This document shows, one piece after another, positions 21,961-32,010 of a stretch of 64,000 nucleotides of DNA; within the stretch, counting starts at the first letter, position 1; every line of letters begins with the position of its first letter. The notes under the pieces were generated by a model. That model made no database searches and was not told where the DNA came from. It saw only the letters and a program-made list of their open reading frames with translations. The stretch is from Treponema sp. (lineage in GTDB: Bacteria > Spirochaetota > Spirochaetia > Treponematales > Treponemataceae), in NCBI GenBank assembly GCA_045597415.1, contig JAZLKD010000006.1, forward strand, positions 4,802 to 68,801, given 5' to 3'. The position numbers and the translations under genes are program-made.

Positions 21961-22715
21961 ATAGAATTGAAATTTTAGGTGTACCTGTGGATGTCTGTCC
22001 ACCTGAAAAACTGGAATCAGAAATCCTTGAAATTATGGCAAAACCTGGAACAAAACAGATTGTGTTTTTGAATATCTGGGAAATGATAAAGGCCAGTAAA
22101 AAAGGAAGTAAGGCAGGCAGTGAACTTAATGAATGTCTTAAAAATGCAGATCTGATTCTGCCGGTGTCAAAGAGCATTCTGAAAGCCGCAAAAAGCATGA
22201 AACTGGAAATTCCTGTGAGATATAATCCTTTTCATACCACAATCAGAATTTTGTCTGTTCTGGATCACAATTATCGTTCGCTGTATCTTCTTGGTGACAA
22301 ACAGAAACCGCTGCAGGCTGCTGAAAACAATTTGCGGGATACTTTTCCGGGAATTCAGATTGTCGGCCGGTATCTTGGATATTTCGGCAAAAAAATGGAA
22401 GAAAATGTTGTTCAGGCAATTTATAAGTCATCACCAAGTCTGGTTTTGCTGGGAGACGGTCTTAAAGAAAAGAATCTGTGGCCATACAACAGGCGGGAAA
22501 AGTTTTCGAACAGCATGTTCCTTTATTACAAGGATTCCATCGGAATTTTTGCTGAAAGAAAGCGTCGTGTAGATGATGATACTTTTGAAAAGGGACGTGA
22601 AATTTATGGTGAAGTTTTGAGAAATCCTTTAAAAATCTTTTTGATTTTTCCTTATATCGGGTTTAGACTGAGATTGTTCTGGAACAGGATTTTTAAGAAG
22701 AAGACAGAAGAATAA
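21951..22715 (+). CDS. WecB/TagA/CpsF-family glycosyltransferase-like protein
   Basis: RIEILGVPVD; ADLILP; LYLLG; FPGIQIVG...GYF. Confidence 0.75.
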   Translation: MAVNRIEILGVPVDVCPPEKLESEILEIMAKPGTKQIVFLNIWEMIKASKKGSKAGSELNECLKNADLILPVSKSILKAAKSMKLEIPVRYNPFHTTIRILSVLDHNYRSLYLLGDKQKPLQAAENNLRDTFPGIQIVGRYLGYFGKKMEENVVQAIYKSSPSLVLLGDGLKEKNLWPYNRREKFSNSMFLYYKDSIGIFAERKRRVDDDTFEKGREIYGEVLRNPLKIFLIFPYIGFRLRLFWNRIFKKKTEE

Positions 22716-22719
22716 ATCA

Positions 22720-23652
22720 ATGTCAAAGACATATTGGGTTTATACAAAAAATCGCGGATTTGCCGGAGAAAATCTGGTCGTGTCCTGCGATTTTTTTATT
22801 TTAAATGGGGTTAAGCACGAGGGGAGTGTATTCTTTTTTAATGATGCTTTTTCACTGGAAGCTTTTAAGAAAAATCATCCGGAAGCAGTCGAAATTGCAG
22901 AAAGTGCAGTTAATGAGAAAAATGAAAACGGGGAGCCTTGTGACCTGAATTGTGGAATTGAATTTTCGCCGCTGGAAGAAAAAATCCGGCTTGCTGCAGG
23001 TTGTGACAGACCTGTGCTGATAACTGGAGAAAGCGGTACAGGAAAAACTTTTGTGGCACGAAAAATACATGAGCTTTCAGGACGGAAAAACGGTCCTCTG
23101 TTTGAGGTAAATGTAGCGGGAGTAAATGAAAGTCTTGCTGAAAGTGAATTGTTTGGAAGTGTGTCAGGAGCTTTTACAGGAAGCCGGGACAGGAAAGGAT
23201 ATTTTTTGAGTGCAGATAAAGGTACTTTGTTTCTGGATGAAATTGGCGAAATAAGCCGGGAACTGCAGGTAAAACTTTTGTGGGCCATTGAAAATAAAAA
23301 AGTCAGGCCTGTTGGATGTGATGGCGAAAAGAGAACGGACTGCAGGCTGATCTGTGCTACAAATGCAGATCTTGAAAAAAAGATGAAACTGGGAGAATTC
23401 CGTAAAGATTTGTATTACAGAATTGCAGGAATTGTAATTGAATTAAAACCTCTCAGACAGCGGAAAGGAGAAATTGCGGGGCTTTGTGAAAATTATCTGA
23501 AGAAGTTTAATAAGGTTTTAAGCAAAACAGCCCTTGATTTTATTGAAACCTGCAGCTGGCCTGGCAACATCCGGCAATTATTTTCGTGTCTGGATATTGC
23601 CTGCCTTAAAAGCCACTCTTCAGTTATTCGTCTTGAAGACATTGAAGTATAA
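22720..23652 (+). CDS. Sigma-54-interacting AAA+ enhancer-binding protein, apparently without a C-terminal HTH
   Basis: VLITGESGTGKT, SELFG..SGAFTGS, GTLFLDEIGE, FRKDLYYRI, WPGNIRQL. Confidence 0.88.
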   Translation: MSKTYWVYTKNRGFAGENLVVSCDFFILNGVKHEGSVFFFNDAFSLEAFKKNHPEAVEIAESAVNEKNENGEPCDLNCGIEFSPLEEKIRLAAGCDRPVLITGESGTGKTFVARKIHELSGRKNGPLFEVNVAGVNESLAESELFGSVSGAFTGSRDRKGYFLSADKGTLFLDEIGEISRELQVKLLWAIENKKVRPVGCDGEKRTDCRLICATNADLEKKMKLGEFRKDLYYRIAGIVIELKPLRQRKGEIAGLCENYLKKFNKVLSKTALDFIETCSWPGNIRQLFSCLDIACLKSHSSVIRLEDIEV

Positions 23653-23665
23653 GTTATTCTTCAGT

Positions 23666-24376
23666 CTAGCGCTGGATAAGGCCTGCTGCTTTATTGAAAA
23701 CTTTTTCAATGTAAGAAGCTTCACCTTCGCTTAAAACAGCTCTTGAAAGAACATTGCGCCAGAAAGTTTCCATATCCTGGCGGCCGGTGATTTTAAAGAA
23801 ACCGATTTTCTGCAGATCGTCGGCAATTGTTGAAACGGTTTTGTTCAGCCTGTCCATGGTAAGGGGAGTATAACCGGCTGACTGGGAACTTTCTTTTCTG
23901 TAAAGGTGGTAGCAGATAATCTGAACTGCATGAGAAAGATTCAGGGAAGCAAATTCCGGATCGGAAGGAATTGTAACACCCATTGTACATTCGAGGACTT
24001 CTTCGTCTGTGAGGCCTGTGCGTTCATTGCCAAAAACTACTGCAATTTTTGAATCATCTGCTTTTGAAGCAAAATCTGCAAATTCTTCAGGGAGAAGAAG
24101 CTTGTCATTGCGTTTTTTACCCCGGCGGCGAGTAGTACCTGCTGCAATGGCACAGTCTGCAACGGCTTCTGTTATGGAATCAAAAAACTGAGCATTTTCC
24201 CAGATGCCGGCTGCATGTATTGCAAGAATCCGCACCCGTTCGTCATCATAATCAGCTTTTTTTCCGACAATGCGCAGAGTTTTAATTCCATTATTGGCCA
24301 TAGCCCTGCAAACGGCTCCCACATTGCGCGATTCATCTGGACGCGCCAGTACGACAACAATATTCCGTAAATTCAT
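23666..24376 (-). CDS. TrmJ/TrmH-family SPOUT RNA methyltransferase
   Basis: NVGAVCRAM, VFGNERTGL, SLNLSHAV. Confidence 0.88.
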   Translation of the reverse strand: MNLRNIVVVLARPDESRNVGAVCRAMANNGIKTLRIVGKKADYDDERVRILAIHAAGIWENAQFFDSITEAVADCAIAAGTTRRRGKKRNDKLLLPEEFADFASKADDSKIAVVFGNERTGLTDEEVLECTMGVTIPSDPEFASLNLSHAVQIICYHLYRKESSQSAGYTPLTMDRLNKTVSTIADDLQKIGFFKITGRQDMETFWRNVLSRAVLSEGEASYIEKVFNKAAGLIQR

Positions 24377-24621
24377 AATGATACTGTACAATTTTTTGAC
24401 GATTTGTGAAACGAGGTGTTATAATTAAGTTAGTTGAGTTGGTACAGGTCGGCCTGATTTTGTGACATTTTGTAGACAAAATTACGGCTGCTGTGTCAAT
24501 TATTTTGTTAAAGAAAGATTTTAAAAAGCCGATAATTGAATCGGAAGATTTGACATAATGGTGATTTTAGGGTTATTATTTATGTTGAACTAAAAAGTTT
24601 TTTCTATAAGTAGGATTTTTT

Positions 24622-25173
24622 ATGAGCAATAACAACAATCTTGTACCAGGGTTCAATGATGAAAAGGATGACAGCCTCAAAATCACTCTTGAAAAAGTAA
24701 GTGATGTTGAAAACTGTGTCACAATTTATTTGAACGGTTACATTGATACATATAATTCAAGTTTTTTTCAGAAGAGAATCCAGAAAGTAGTAGAAGCTGA
24801 TTTTACTAACCTGATTTTTAACTGTACTGGACTTAACTATGTTTCATCTACAGGTATCGGATCTTTTACAGCCTTCCTCAAAATGGTTAAACCAAAGGGG
24901 GGAGATGTAGTTCTTCTTGAAATTCAGCCAAAGGTTTACGAAGTATTCCAGCTGCTTGGTTTCAGCCAGTTCTTTAATATTAAAGAATCTTTGACTGATG
25001 CAATCGCATTCTTCAAGCAGGGTGCTCCAGTTGCTGAAAGCGTATTCCCAAAAATCTTCAGCTGTCCTGTTTGTTCTAAGAGACTTAAGGCAACTCGCAG
25101 CGGACGATTCCGTTGTTCTGAATGTAAATCAATTCTTGCTATTGATGCACAGGGACAGGTTTTCCTGGGATAA
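24622..25173 (+). CDS. STAS-domain anti-sigma-factor antagonist with C-terminal zinc ribbon
   Basis: GYIDTYNS, LNYVSSTGIG, VFQLLGF; CPVC...CSEC. Confidence 0.85.
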   Translation: MSNNNNLVPGFNDEKDDSLKITLEKVSDVENCVTIYLNGYIDTYNSSFFQKRIQKVVEADFTNLIFNCTGLNYVSSTGIGSFTAFLKMVKPKGGDVVLLEIQPKVYEVFQLLGFSQFFNIKESLTDAIAFFKQGAPVAESVFPKIFSCPVCSKRLKATRSGRFRCSECKSILAIDAQGQVFLG

Positions 25174-25654
25174 AACAATAAGTGAAATCAATGAACGGTC
25201 TGATTAATTCAGGCCGTTTTTTTTTGAGAAAACAGCAGGAAGGTAAAATCGCGGCAGGGACAGTAAGGGCGCCGGAAGGCGTTGGCGGTCAGCCAATGAC
25301 AACCCTGAATGGCCCGGTGGCTTAAGCCAGCCGCCCGTAAAAATACACGATTGTGCATAACCTGTGGAAAACCTGGCAAAAAATGCGTGAAACATTGTGA
25401 AACATCTTTGGAGCAGTGAATGCAGTTGGAGACCTTAAATTATAAAAATGGTCTAATTCCTTATAATATAATGAAATACAAAATTATGAATATAAAATGC
25501 AATAAATTTTACTAGACAAAATAGTGTAGAAATTTTGTGAAATTCGGGTTCTGCCTGTGGAAAACTTGGGGAATAATCAGTTGACCGATAATATTATAGA
25601 AGATAACGGAAAAATTATTGTTTTATACATTCGTTCATGTTATTCTAAAAAATA

Positions 25655-26614
25655 ATGAAAAAATCTTTGTATTCACTGCTGATATTTTTCAGCATTTTAA
25701 TTGCAGGTACTTTTATCGGTTCTCTGTTTTTTATGCTCTACGGGAACCTGACAAGCCTTATTGCAAGCCAGAGTGACAGTTTTTTCTCTTACAAATTGTT
25801 TGTACCTGGTCTTCTTGTTTCTTTTCCTCTCGTGTGCATTATTGCCCTCTTGCTGCTGGTTTATTTTGAGATCAGACATCCTACAAGTTCCGTGTGGCCT
25901 GTTGTAACTTATGTTGCCCTTGGAATTTTGACCTGGTGTGTTTTGATTCCTTTCGGGCTGAGCAAGTCTGTTGAGTATGTGGAAAACCGCTATCAGGTTG
26001 AAGATTCCCAGACTCCTCTGACCAACGGGCTTTTCAGAAAATCTTCTGAAGGTGTTGAGTATCTTTCTTCTGTGAACAGTGAAGGTTTTGCAGATGGAAT
26101 TTTTATTGATAATGAAGGAAATATTTCCCATTTTTATGGCAAGGATGTGCGGGTGCATGTGAAGGATCTTTTTGCAGATTCCCTGATTCGTGACGGTGCT
26201 GCCTTGTCGCCATTTGTTTATGTTCCTCTCGGGATTTATGCAGAACTTATGGTCAATGGAACTAACTGCTGGATGAAGGGGTATGTTTCGTGGATTTGTT
26301 TTGCATTTATGGGGTTTGCACTTCTGGCTTTGACAAACCTGCGGCAGTTGAGTTCCTGGAAGCTGCTGAATACCTTTATTATTGTAATTGCAGGCGTTCT
26401 TGTGGCAATGCTCAACTATGTTTATTACTGCGGTGACTTTTTTAATGGTTTTGCCGTTGAATGGGCGAGAATTTTTGAAGGGCTGCCTGTTGATAATCCG
26501 CTGATGGTGGCAATGAATCTGCTTCTGATTGTGATTTTTGTTGCTGCCCGGTTTATCAGACGAGTTACAAAGAAAGAAGAAGACAAAGAACTGGTGGAGG
26601 ATGATTTGGAATGA
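25655..26614 (+). CDS. Hypothetical multi-pass membrane protein
   Basis: Three N-terminal and three C-terminal hydrophobic helices around a soluble loop. Confidence 0.75.
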   Translation: MKKSLYSLLIFFSILIAGTFIGSLFFMLYGNLTSLIASQSDSFFSYKLFVPGLLVSFPLVCIIALLLLVYFEIRHPTSSVWPVVTYVALGILTWCVLIPFGLSKSVEYVENRYQVEDSQTPLTNGLFRKSSEGVEYLSSVNSEGFADGIFIDNEGNISHFYGKDVRVHVKDLFADSLIRDGAALSPFVYVPLGIYAELMVNGTNCWMKGYVSWICFAFMGFALLALTNLRQLSSWKLLNTFIIVIAGVLVAMLNYVYYCGDFFNGFAVEWARIFEGLPVDNPLMVAMNLLLIVIFVAARFIRRVTKKEEDKELVEDDLE

Positions 26615-28422
26615 AAAAAGTAGTAATCATCATTTTATCTTATATTATCTTTGCCTTTCTGCTGATTTATGGAATTTATGCAGGGCAGGGAAATCTGCCG
26701 GAACTTCTGGACGGTGATGGAGCAGGTTACCTGTTATGCAAAACTACAGTTACTTTCTGCAAACTTCTGCCGGCTCTGTTTGCTTCTGCCCTTCTTATTG
26801 CCTGCGCAACTGCTTTTGCCCAGGATGCTGATAAGGCTGTTTTTGAATATTCCACAATTATGGTGGGCCATTTTAAGAAAATATTCATCACAAGTCTGGC
26901 CATGACATTTCTTGTTCTTGCCGGATATGAGATTGCAACTCCAGGTGCACTTCAGTCCATGAAAAATGCTGAAATGAAACCTGTTCTGCTGCGGGAATAT
27001 CTGACTCTCGGACAAAAGGCCTATGACAGCAATAACTTTGTTCTTGCATATGAATACAGTTTGCAGGCACAGGCTATCAATCCTTTAAGCAAAGAAGTGC
27101 AGCTGCTGAAGGATAAGGCTGAAGCCAAAAAAGATGTTCAGCGAAATATGATTCATCGGAAAAAAAAGGCTGCAAGCACTGAAATTTATTATGACATTGA
27201 ATCTAAAGGTTTTTCTGTAACTCAGCTTATTGATAAGGCAAATCTTGCCTGGTCGCGGGAAAAATGGTTTGAATGCCATTACTGGGCCGAACTTGCTGTA
27301 AGCGTAAGTAATTCAAAAGATGTTAATGTGGAAGATGCCCGCCGTCTTAGTGCCCTTGCATGGAAAAAACTTTCAGAAACTGATGGAATCCGGCCTACTG
27401 ACGAAAATGAAAAATTTGCCCTCAAGAAAAAAGCTTACATGAGTTTGAACTCTGGAAATGTTCTTGATGCTTATTACAGATTTCTTTATGTTCAGAAGCG
27501 ATGGGATGCTGATGTAGATCCTGATGTGGAAGTTTTTCTGGAAATTGCAAGAAAACGTGTTGTTGAGCAGTGCTTTTTTATAGATGAAACTGAAAATCTG
27601 GACAAGTTTGAAAGTGCAAATGATGTTTATTTTCATATCAATCACAGCGACGGTTCGCGGGATGTGGTTTATGTCCGGGGTGTAACACCTGTTCAGGGGA
27701 CTGGCGGCCTCATTCAGTATCTGCGCGGTCTTAATGTCATTAAATATGACCAGAATGGAAAAATGCTTCAGTCTATGAGCGTGCCTTATGCAAAGATGAT
27801 GGCGCAGGTTACTTCTGTGTTCAGTGATGAAGATAAAATCCGTTATGACATAAAAGATGAATACAAGACTGTTCCGCTGCTTATGCTTAAGTCTGTTGAC
27901 CGAAATACAAGCGGAGTCACAAGTGTTCCTGTGTTTAATGGAAGTGCTCCTGCTGAAGACCGGGATGCAAGTTTTGCAGTTTTTGCAATTCCTTTTGAAT
28001 ATTTTGGAATTATCTGTGAAGCCGGACGGGGTGAAATGCTTATGGATCTGGCGTCATTGTTCAAGTTTTCAGATGTAGCTGATGAGTATGGATACAGCAG
28101 GGAAGTTTTTGGTTCGGCACTTTTGTACAGGCTGAGTATTTCCATTGCCATGTTCTGTATCCTTATGTTTACAAGTCTTATGGCCTGGAATTACAGAATC
28201 AGCGACAGAAATACTTTCTTTAAGTTCAGATGGATTATAATTTTTCCGATTTCAAGTGCAATTTTCTTCTTTGTAATTGAATTCCTTTTTGCCCTTTTGA
28301 GACTGTTTAATTTTGCCCTGTTTGGTTTTGGCGGAACTTATTCGATCCTCATTGCCATGGCGATTTTTGCCGTTCTTGCATTCTTCCTCAGCCTGAGCTT
28401 TTTGCGGAATAAGGTTGACTGA
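26611..28422 (+). CDS. Hypothetical membrane protein with TPR-like periplasmic region
   Basis: Overlaps the upstream stop; 3+3 transmembrane pattern with helical middle. Confidence 0.75.
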   Translation: MKKVVIIILSYIIFAFLLIYGIYAGQGNLPELLDGDGAGYLLCKTTVTFCKLLPALFASALLIACATAFAQDADKAVFEYSTIMVGHFKKIFITSLAMTFLVLAGYEIATPGALQSMKNAEMKPVLLREYLTLGQKAYDSNNFVLAYEYSLQAQAINPLSKEVQLLKDKAEAKKDVQRNMIHRKKKAASTEIYYDIESKGFSVTQLIDKANLAWSREKWFECHYWAELAVSVSNSKDVNVEDARRLSALAWKKLSETDGIRPTDENEKFALKKKAYMSLNSGNVLDAYYRFLYVQKRWDADVDPDVEVFLEIARKRVVEQCFFIDETENLDKFESANDVYFHINHSDGSRDVVYVRGVTPVQGTGGLIQYLRGLNVIKYDQNGKMLQSMSVPYAKMMAQVTSVFSDEDKIRYDIKDEYKTVPLLMLKSVDRNTSGVTSVPVFNGSAPAEDRDASFAVFAIPFEYFGIICEAGRGEMLMDLASLFKFSDVADEYGYSREVFGSALLYRLSISIAMFCILMFTSLMAWNYRISDRNTFFKFRWIIIFPISSAIFFFVIEFLFALLRLFNFALFGFGGTYSILIAMAIFAVLAFFLSLSFLRNKVD

Positions 28423-28424
28423 TT

Positions 28425-29165
28425 TTGATAGAATTTTTTGTAAAGCATAAACTTTTTTTCATCTGTTTTGCCCTCAGTTTTACAGCCTGGCCATATGGGC
28501 CTCTTGCGGGAATCCTGGCAGGATTTTTTGCAGAATATATTGCAAGGCGAATTGGAGAAGAAATAAATCTCAGGCAGGCGGTTGCGGCCGGAAAAATTAA
28601 GGCAAGTGCCGAACCTTTCAGTGGAGCTGCAAATCTTTGTGCCCTTGGAGTTTACTGCTGCGGAGATGGAGAAGTTGCAGCCCAGACCGCACAGAAGATT
28701 TTTGGAAAAAAGTTTGACTGTGACTGGAAGATGTTCTGCCGTGCTGCAGAAAAAAGCGAATCTGTTAACGGTGATCTTCTGACTGAATGTATGGCGAGCA
28801 TACTCTTAAAAGAAATCAGCAGCAGGGGAAAGGATTCTGTTCCATTAAAAGAAATTTTTGATTTCTTAAATGTGGTTGAAATGAACTGGGACGGTTCAAA
28901 ATTAAGCGAAAAACCTTCTGTCTATCTGGGAAGTCTGCTGAATTACCGTGTTGCAAGCGATGAAGTTGAAAAGGCCTACGAAGTTCTTGGGCTGGATAAA
29001 AATGCTGGAGTGGAAGAAGTAAAAAAAAATCACAGAAAACTTGTCGTGCAGTTTCACCCGGACAGTCTTGCAAAACTTGCGCCTGAGCAAAAAAAATCTG
29101 CAGAAGAAAAATTCCTGCAGATTCAGAAAGCTTATGAAACCATAATGAATTCAGTTACTCATTAA
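28425..29165 (+). CDS. DjlA-like membrane-anchored J-domain protein
   Basis: N-terminal GPLAGILAG segment; C-terminal AYEVLGL...FHPD...IQKAYETI. Confidence 0.8.
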   Translation: MIEFFVKHKLFFICFALSFTAWPYGPLAGILAGFFAEYIARRIGEEINLRQAVAAGKIKASAEPFSGAANLCALGVYCCGDGEVAAQTAQKIFGKKFDCDWKMFCRAAEKSESVNGDLLTECMASILLKEISSRGKDSVPLKEIFDFLNVVEMNWDGSKLSEKPSVYLGSLLNYRVASDEVEKAYEVLGLDKNAGVEEVKKNHRKLVVQFHPDSLAKLAPEQKKSAEEKFLQIQKAYETIMNSVTH

Positions 29166-30441
29166 TTTCTACCCGTTCAATGTGGGCTCCTAAGGACTGA
29201 AGTTTTTCCACAAGGTTTTCGTAACCGCGTTCAATCTGATATACATTTGAAATTGTACTTTCGCCGTGAGCACAGAGTGCTGCAATTACCATTGCCATTC
29301 CCGCGCGAACGTCAGGTGAAACAAGACTGTCGCCGTGAAGAGTGGCAGGTCCGGAAACAACTGCGCGGTGAGGATCGCAGAGAGTAATTCTTGCGCCCAT
29401 CGAAATGAGCTTATCGACAAAGAACATACGGCTTTCGAACATTTTTTCAAAAATCAGAACAGTTCCTTCTACCTGGGTTGCAACAACTGTCATGATGGAA
29501 GTCAAATCAGGCGGAAATCCCGGCCATGGTGAGTCGTCGATTTTTGGAATCATGCCGCCGAGATCCTGATTTACCTTCATTGGCTGTCCAACGGCAACGG
29601 AAAGTTTGTCTCCTTCGATTGTCCACGAAATGCCAAGTTTGCCAAAGGAATAGCGCAAAGGCCGCATGTCACTTGCTTTTACGCCTGTAATTGTAATTGA
29701 GCCTTTGGTTGCGGCGGCAAGCCCGATGTAGGAACCGATTTCCATAAAGTCTGGTCCGATCGTAAATTCGCAGCTGTGAAGCTTTTTTACGCCATCAATC
29801 TGAAGAGTGTTTGAACCGATTCCTGAAATTTTTGCACCCATGGAAACCAGCATGTTGCACAAATCCTGAACGTGAGGTTCAGAAGCTGCATTGGAAATTG
29901 TTGTATGACCTTCAGCAAGGACACAGGCCATAAGGGCATTTTCTGTTGCAGTTACTGACATTTCATCAAGGAAGATGTCTGCACCCACAAGTTTGTTTGA
30001 AGTGAAAGCAAAAGGACCTTCAACATTGATTCGCGCTCCCAGTTCCTGTAAAGCAAGAAAGTGGGTATCAACGCGGCGGCGACCTATTACGTCTCCACCT
30101 GGTGGCGGCATTATGGCTTTTCCGGTGCGTGCAACAAGAGGTCCTGCAAAAAGAATTGAGGCGCGGATTTTTTTGCTTAAATCTGCAGGAATTTCAGATG
30201 AATCAATGTCCTTGCAGGTGATGCTCCATTCATGTTTGCCAAGTTTTTTGACCTGGGCGCCCAGCGAAGTGAGGATTTTAAGCATTACGCCTGTATCTTC
30301 AATTTCAGGAATATTTTTGAGGATTACAGTTTCTTCTGTAAGAAGTGCTGCTGCGATACAGGGAAGAGCTGCGTTTTTGTTTCCGCTGGCAGCAATTGTT
30401 CCCTTGATTGGAATACCGCCTTCAATTTTGTATTTGTGCAT
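29155..30441 (-). CDS. murA: UDP-N-acetylglucosamine 1-carboxyvinyltransferase (Asp at the fosfomycin-reactive Cys position)
   Basis: SGNKNAALP, RASIL, PGGDVIGRR, PGFPPDL, FESRM, IERGYE. Confidence 0.95.
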   Translation of the reverse strand: MHKYKIEGGIPIKGTIAASGNKNAALPCIAAALLTEETVILKNIPEIEDTGVMLKILTSLGAQVKKLGKHEWSITCKDIDSSEIPADLSKKIRASILFAGPLVARTGKAIMPPPGGDVIGRRRVDTHFLALQELGARINVEGPFAFTSNKLVGADIFLDEMSVTATENALMACVLAEGHTTISNAASEPHVQDLCNMLVSMGAKISGIGSNTLQIDGVKKLHSCEFTIGPDFMEIGSYIGLAAATKGSITITGVKASDMRPLRYSFGKLGISWTIEGDKLSVAVGQPMKVNQDLGGMIPKIDDSPWPGFPPDLTSIMTVVATQVEGTVLIFEKMFESRMFFVDKLISMGARITLCDPHRAVVSGPATLHGDSLVSPDVRAGMAMVIAALCAHGESTISNVYQIERGYENLVEKLQSLGAHIERVEINE

Positions 30442-30584
30442 AGATTTCTCCACTACGGTCGAAATGACATTTTTTTAAGGTTGAAATGACATTATCCTGC
30501 AGGTTGAAATGACATTATCCTGCAGGTGCAATGACATTTTTTCTACGGTCGAAATGACATTATCGTGCAGGTGCAATGACATTA
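30442..30584. repeat. Tandem array of six roughly 22-bp REP-derived units (core AATGACATT)
   Basis: AGATTTCTCCACTACGGTCGAAATGACA followed by five variants GGT(T/C)GAAATGACATT or GGTGCAATGACATT. Confidence 0.85.
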
Positions 30585-31760
30585 TCTTGCGTTGATCTGG
30601 GCAAGGTTGATTAGAATATCTGTTGCCCTGCTCATTTCGTTCAGACTGGCCCATTCATCACGGCTGTGAAAATTGTGTCCGCCTGTAAAAATGTTTGGTG
30701 TTGGAATGCCCATCTCTGTCAGTCGGGAACCGTCAGTTCCGCCGCGAATCGGCACTTCATTCACCTGTACATTGCTTTCATTATACGCAATTTTTAAGTT
30801 CTCTACTACTGACTTGTGCAATGTCAGTTTTTCTTTCATGTTTACATATTGTCCGCTGTGTTCAACTTCAATCTGACCGCCGGTTGCCATGGAAATAGTG
30901 TGTGCAAGGGAATTGATGTATTCTTTGCGCATCTCCATGCCTTCTTTGGTAAAATCGCGGAGATAGACAGTGCAGGAAGCTTTTTCGCAGGTACCGGAGC
31001 CGGCCATTGGAGCATAAAACCCTTCATAGCCGTCTGTAGTTTCAGGAGCCTGGTTTTTAGGAAGTCTTGAAATAAATTCCGCCATCATGGTCAGCGCATT
31101 GACCATTTTTTCAGCACGGGCAGTACCAGTGTGAGTTGATTTTCCGATAAAAGTAATTTCAGACTTGTAAGCATTAAAACATTCTGTTTCAAGTTCTCCA
31201 AGAGCGCCGCCGTCAACAGTGTAAGCATATTTTGACTGAATGAGGGAGAGAGGAACATTATCCATACCGTGACCAGTTTCTTCATCCGGGGAAAAAATCA
31301 CTTCAATGGGGCCGTGTTCAAGTTCAGGATGTTCAGTAAGATAAGCGCAGGCAGACATGATTGCCGCAATTCCAGCCTTGTCATCAGCTCCCAGGAGAGT
31401 CGTTCCGTCAGTGGAAATAATGGTGTTACCGTCTTTTTGGGTAATCACAGGCTGAATGTCCTTACCGCTGCATTCCTCAACAGTGTCCATGTGGGCAAGA
31501 AGGGCAAAAGGAGGCACATTTGTCTTTGAAGGTGAAGCAGGCAGCATTCCGTAAACGTAACAGTGGCTCGTGACCTGTACATTTTTGAAGCTGAGTTTCA
31601 TTAATTCTGACCTGAGGATGCGGGCAAGGTCAAACTGCCGTTCAGTGGAAGGCTGTATTCCGTTGTCAGCGGAATTGGAGTCGGAAGTAGTCCAAACCTT
31701 AACATATCTGATAAATCGTTCAAGAAGTTTTTCTGATTCGTTTTTTGTGATGTAGTTCAT
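30582..31760 (-). CDS. pepT: Peptidase T (tripeptide aminopeptidase, M20)
   Basis: AHMDT, TLLGADDKAG, PDEETG, VDGG, PIRGGTDG, HNFHS. Confidence 0.93.
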   Translation of the reverse strand: MNYITKNESEKLLERFIRYVKVWTTSDSNSADNGIQPSTERQFDLARILRSELMKLSFKNVQVTSHCYVYGMLPASPSKTNVPPFALLAHMDTVEECSGKDIQPVITQKDGNTIISTDGTTLLGADDKAGIAAIMSACAYLTEHPELEHGPIEVIFSPDEETGHGMDNVPLSLIQSKYAYTVDGGALGELETECFNAYKSEITFIGKSTHTGTARAEKMVNALTMMAEFISRLPKNQAPETTDGYEGFYAPMAGSGTCEKASCTVYLRDFTKEGMEMRKEYINSLAHTISMATGGQIEVEHSGQYVNMKEKLTLHKSVVENLKIAYNESNVQVNEVPIRGGTDGSRLTEMGIPTPNIFTGGHNFHSRDEWASLNEMSRATDILINLAQINAR

Positions 31761-31832
31761 GGATATAGTGTAGCAGAAAAATGATTATGAATTAAGAATC
31801 AGAATAATGAATTGGTAATCAAGAAAAATCAT

Positions 31833-31920
31833 GAGGGGCGCCTGCCCCTCGCTCCCAAGTCCTCGCTTTGCTGCGGTCTTGTCCGCTACCCCCTCTCCTG
31901 GGGAGATCCCCAAGCCCCCG
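31833..31920 (-). repeat. GC-rich palindromic repeat; relatives at about 32655-32690 and 34728-34855
   Basis: Reverse complement GAGGGGGTAGCGG...GACTTG...GAGCGAGGGG...CCCCTC resembles GAGGGTAGCGG...GACTTG...GAGCGAGGGAG...CTCCCTC. Confidence 0.55.
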
Positions 31921-31936
31921 ATTTTAGAAAATAAAT

Positions 31937-31991
31937 TTGACTAAGGTGACTAACTTGACTATATTAATTGTATACTGGTCAACTTGACTAG
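31937..31991 (+). promoter_or_regulatory. Putative promoter/auto-operator of the Phd-VapC pair
   Basis: Four TGACTA repeats; near-palindrome CTGGTCAA-C-TTGACTAG; TATATT and TATACT -10 candidates. Confidence 0.5.
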
Positions 31992-32010
31992 CTTTAACAG
32001 GAGGTGTGAT

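Noticed and set aside
25352-25564. Replication origin
   Set aside because: Only three good boxes, no dnaA or dnaN nearby, and the ribosomal operon would face the fork head-on; kept only as a DnaA-box cluster
30442-30584. CRISPR array
   Set aside because: Units abut with no unique 30-40 nt spacers, and there are no cas genes in the window
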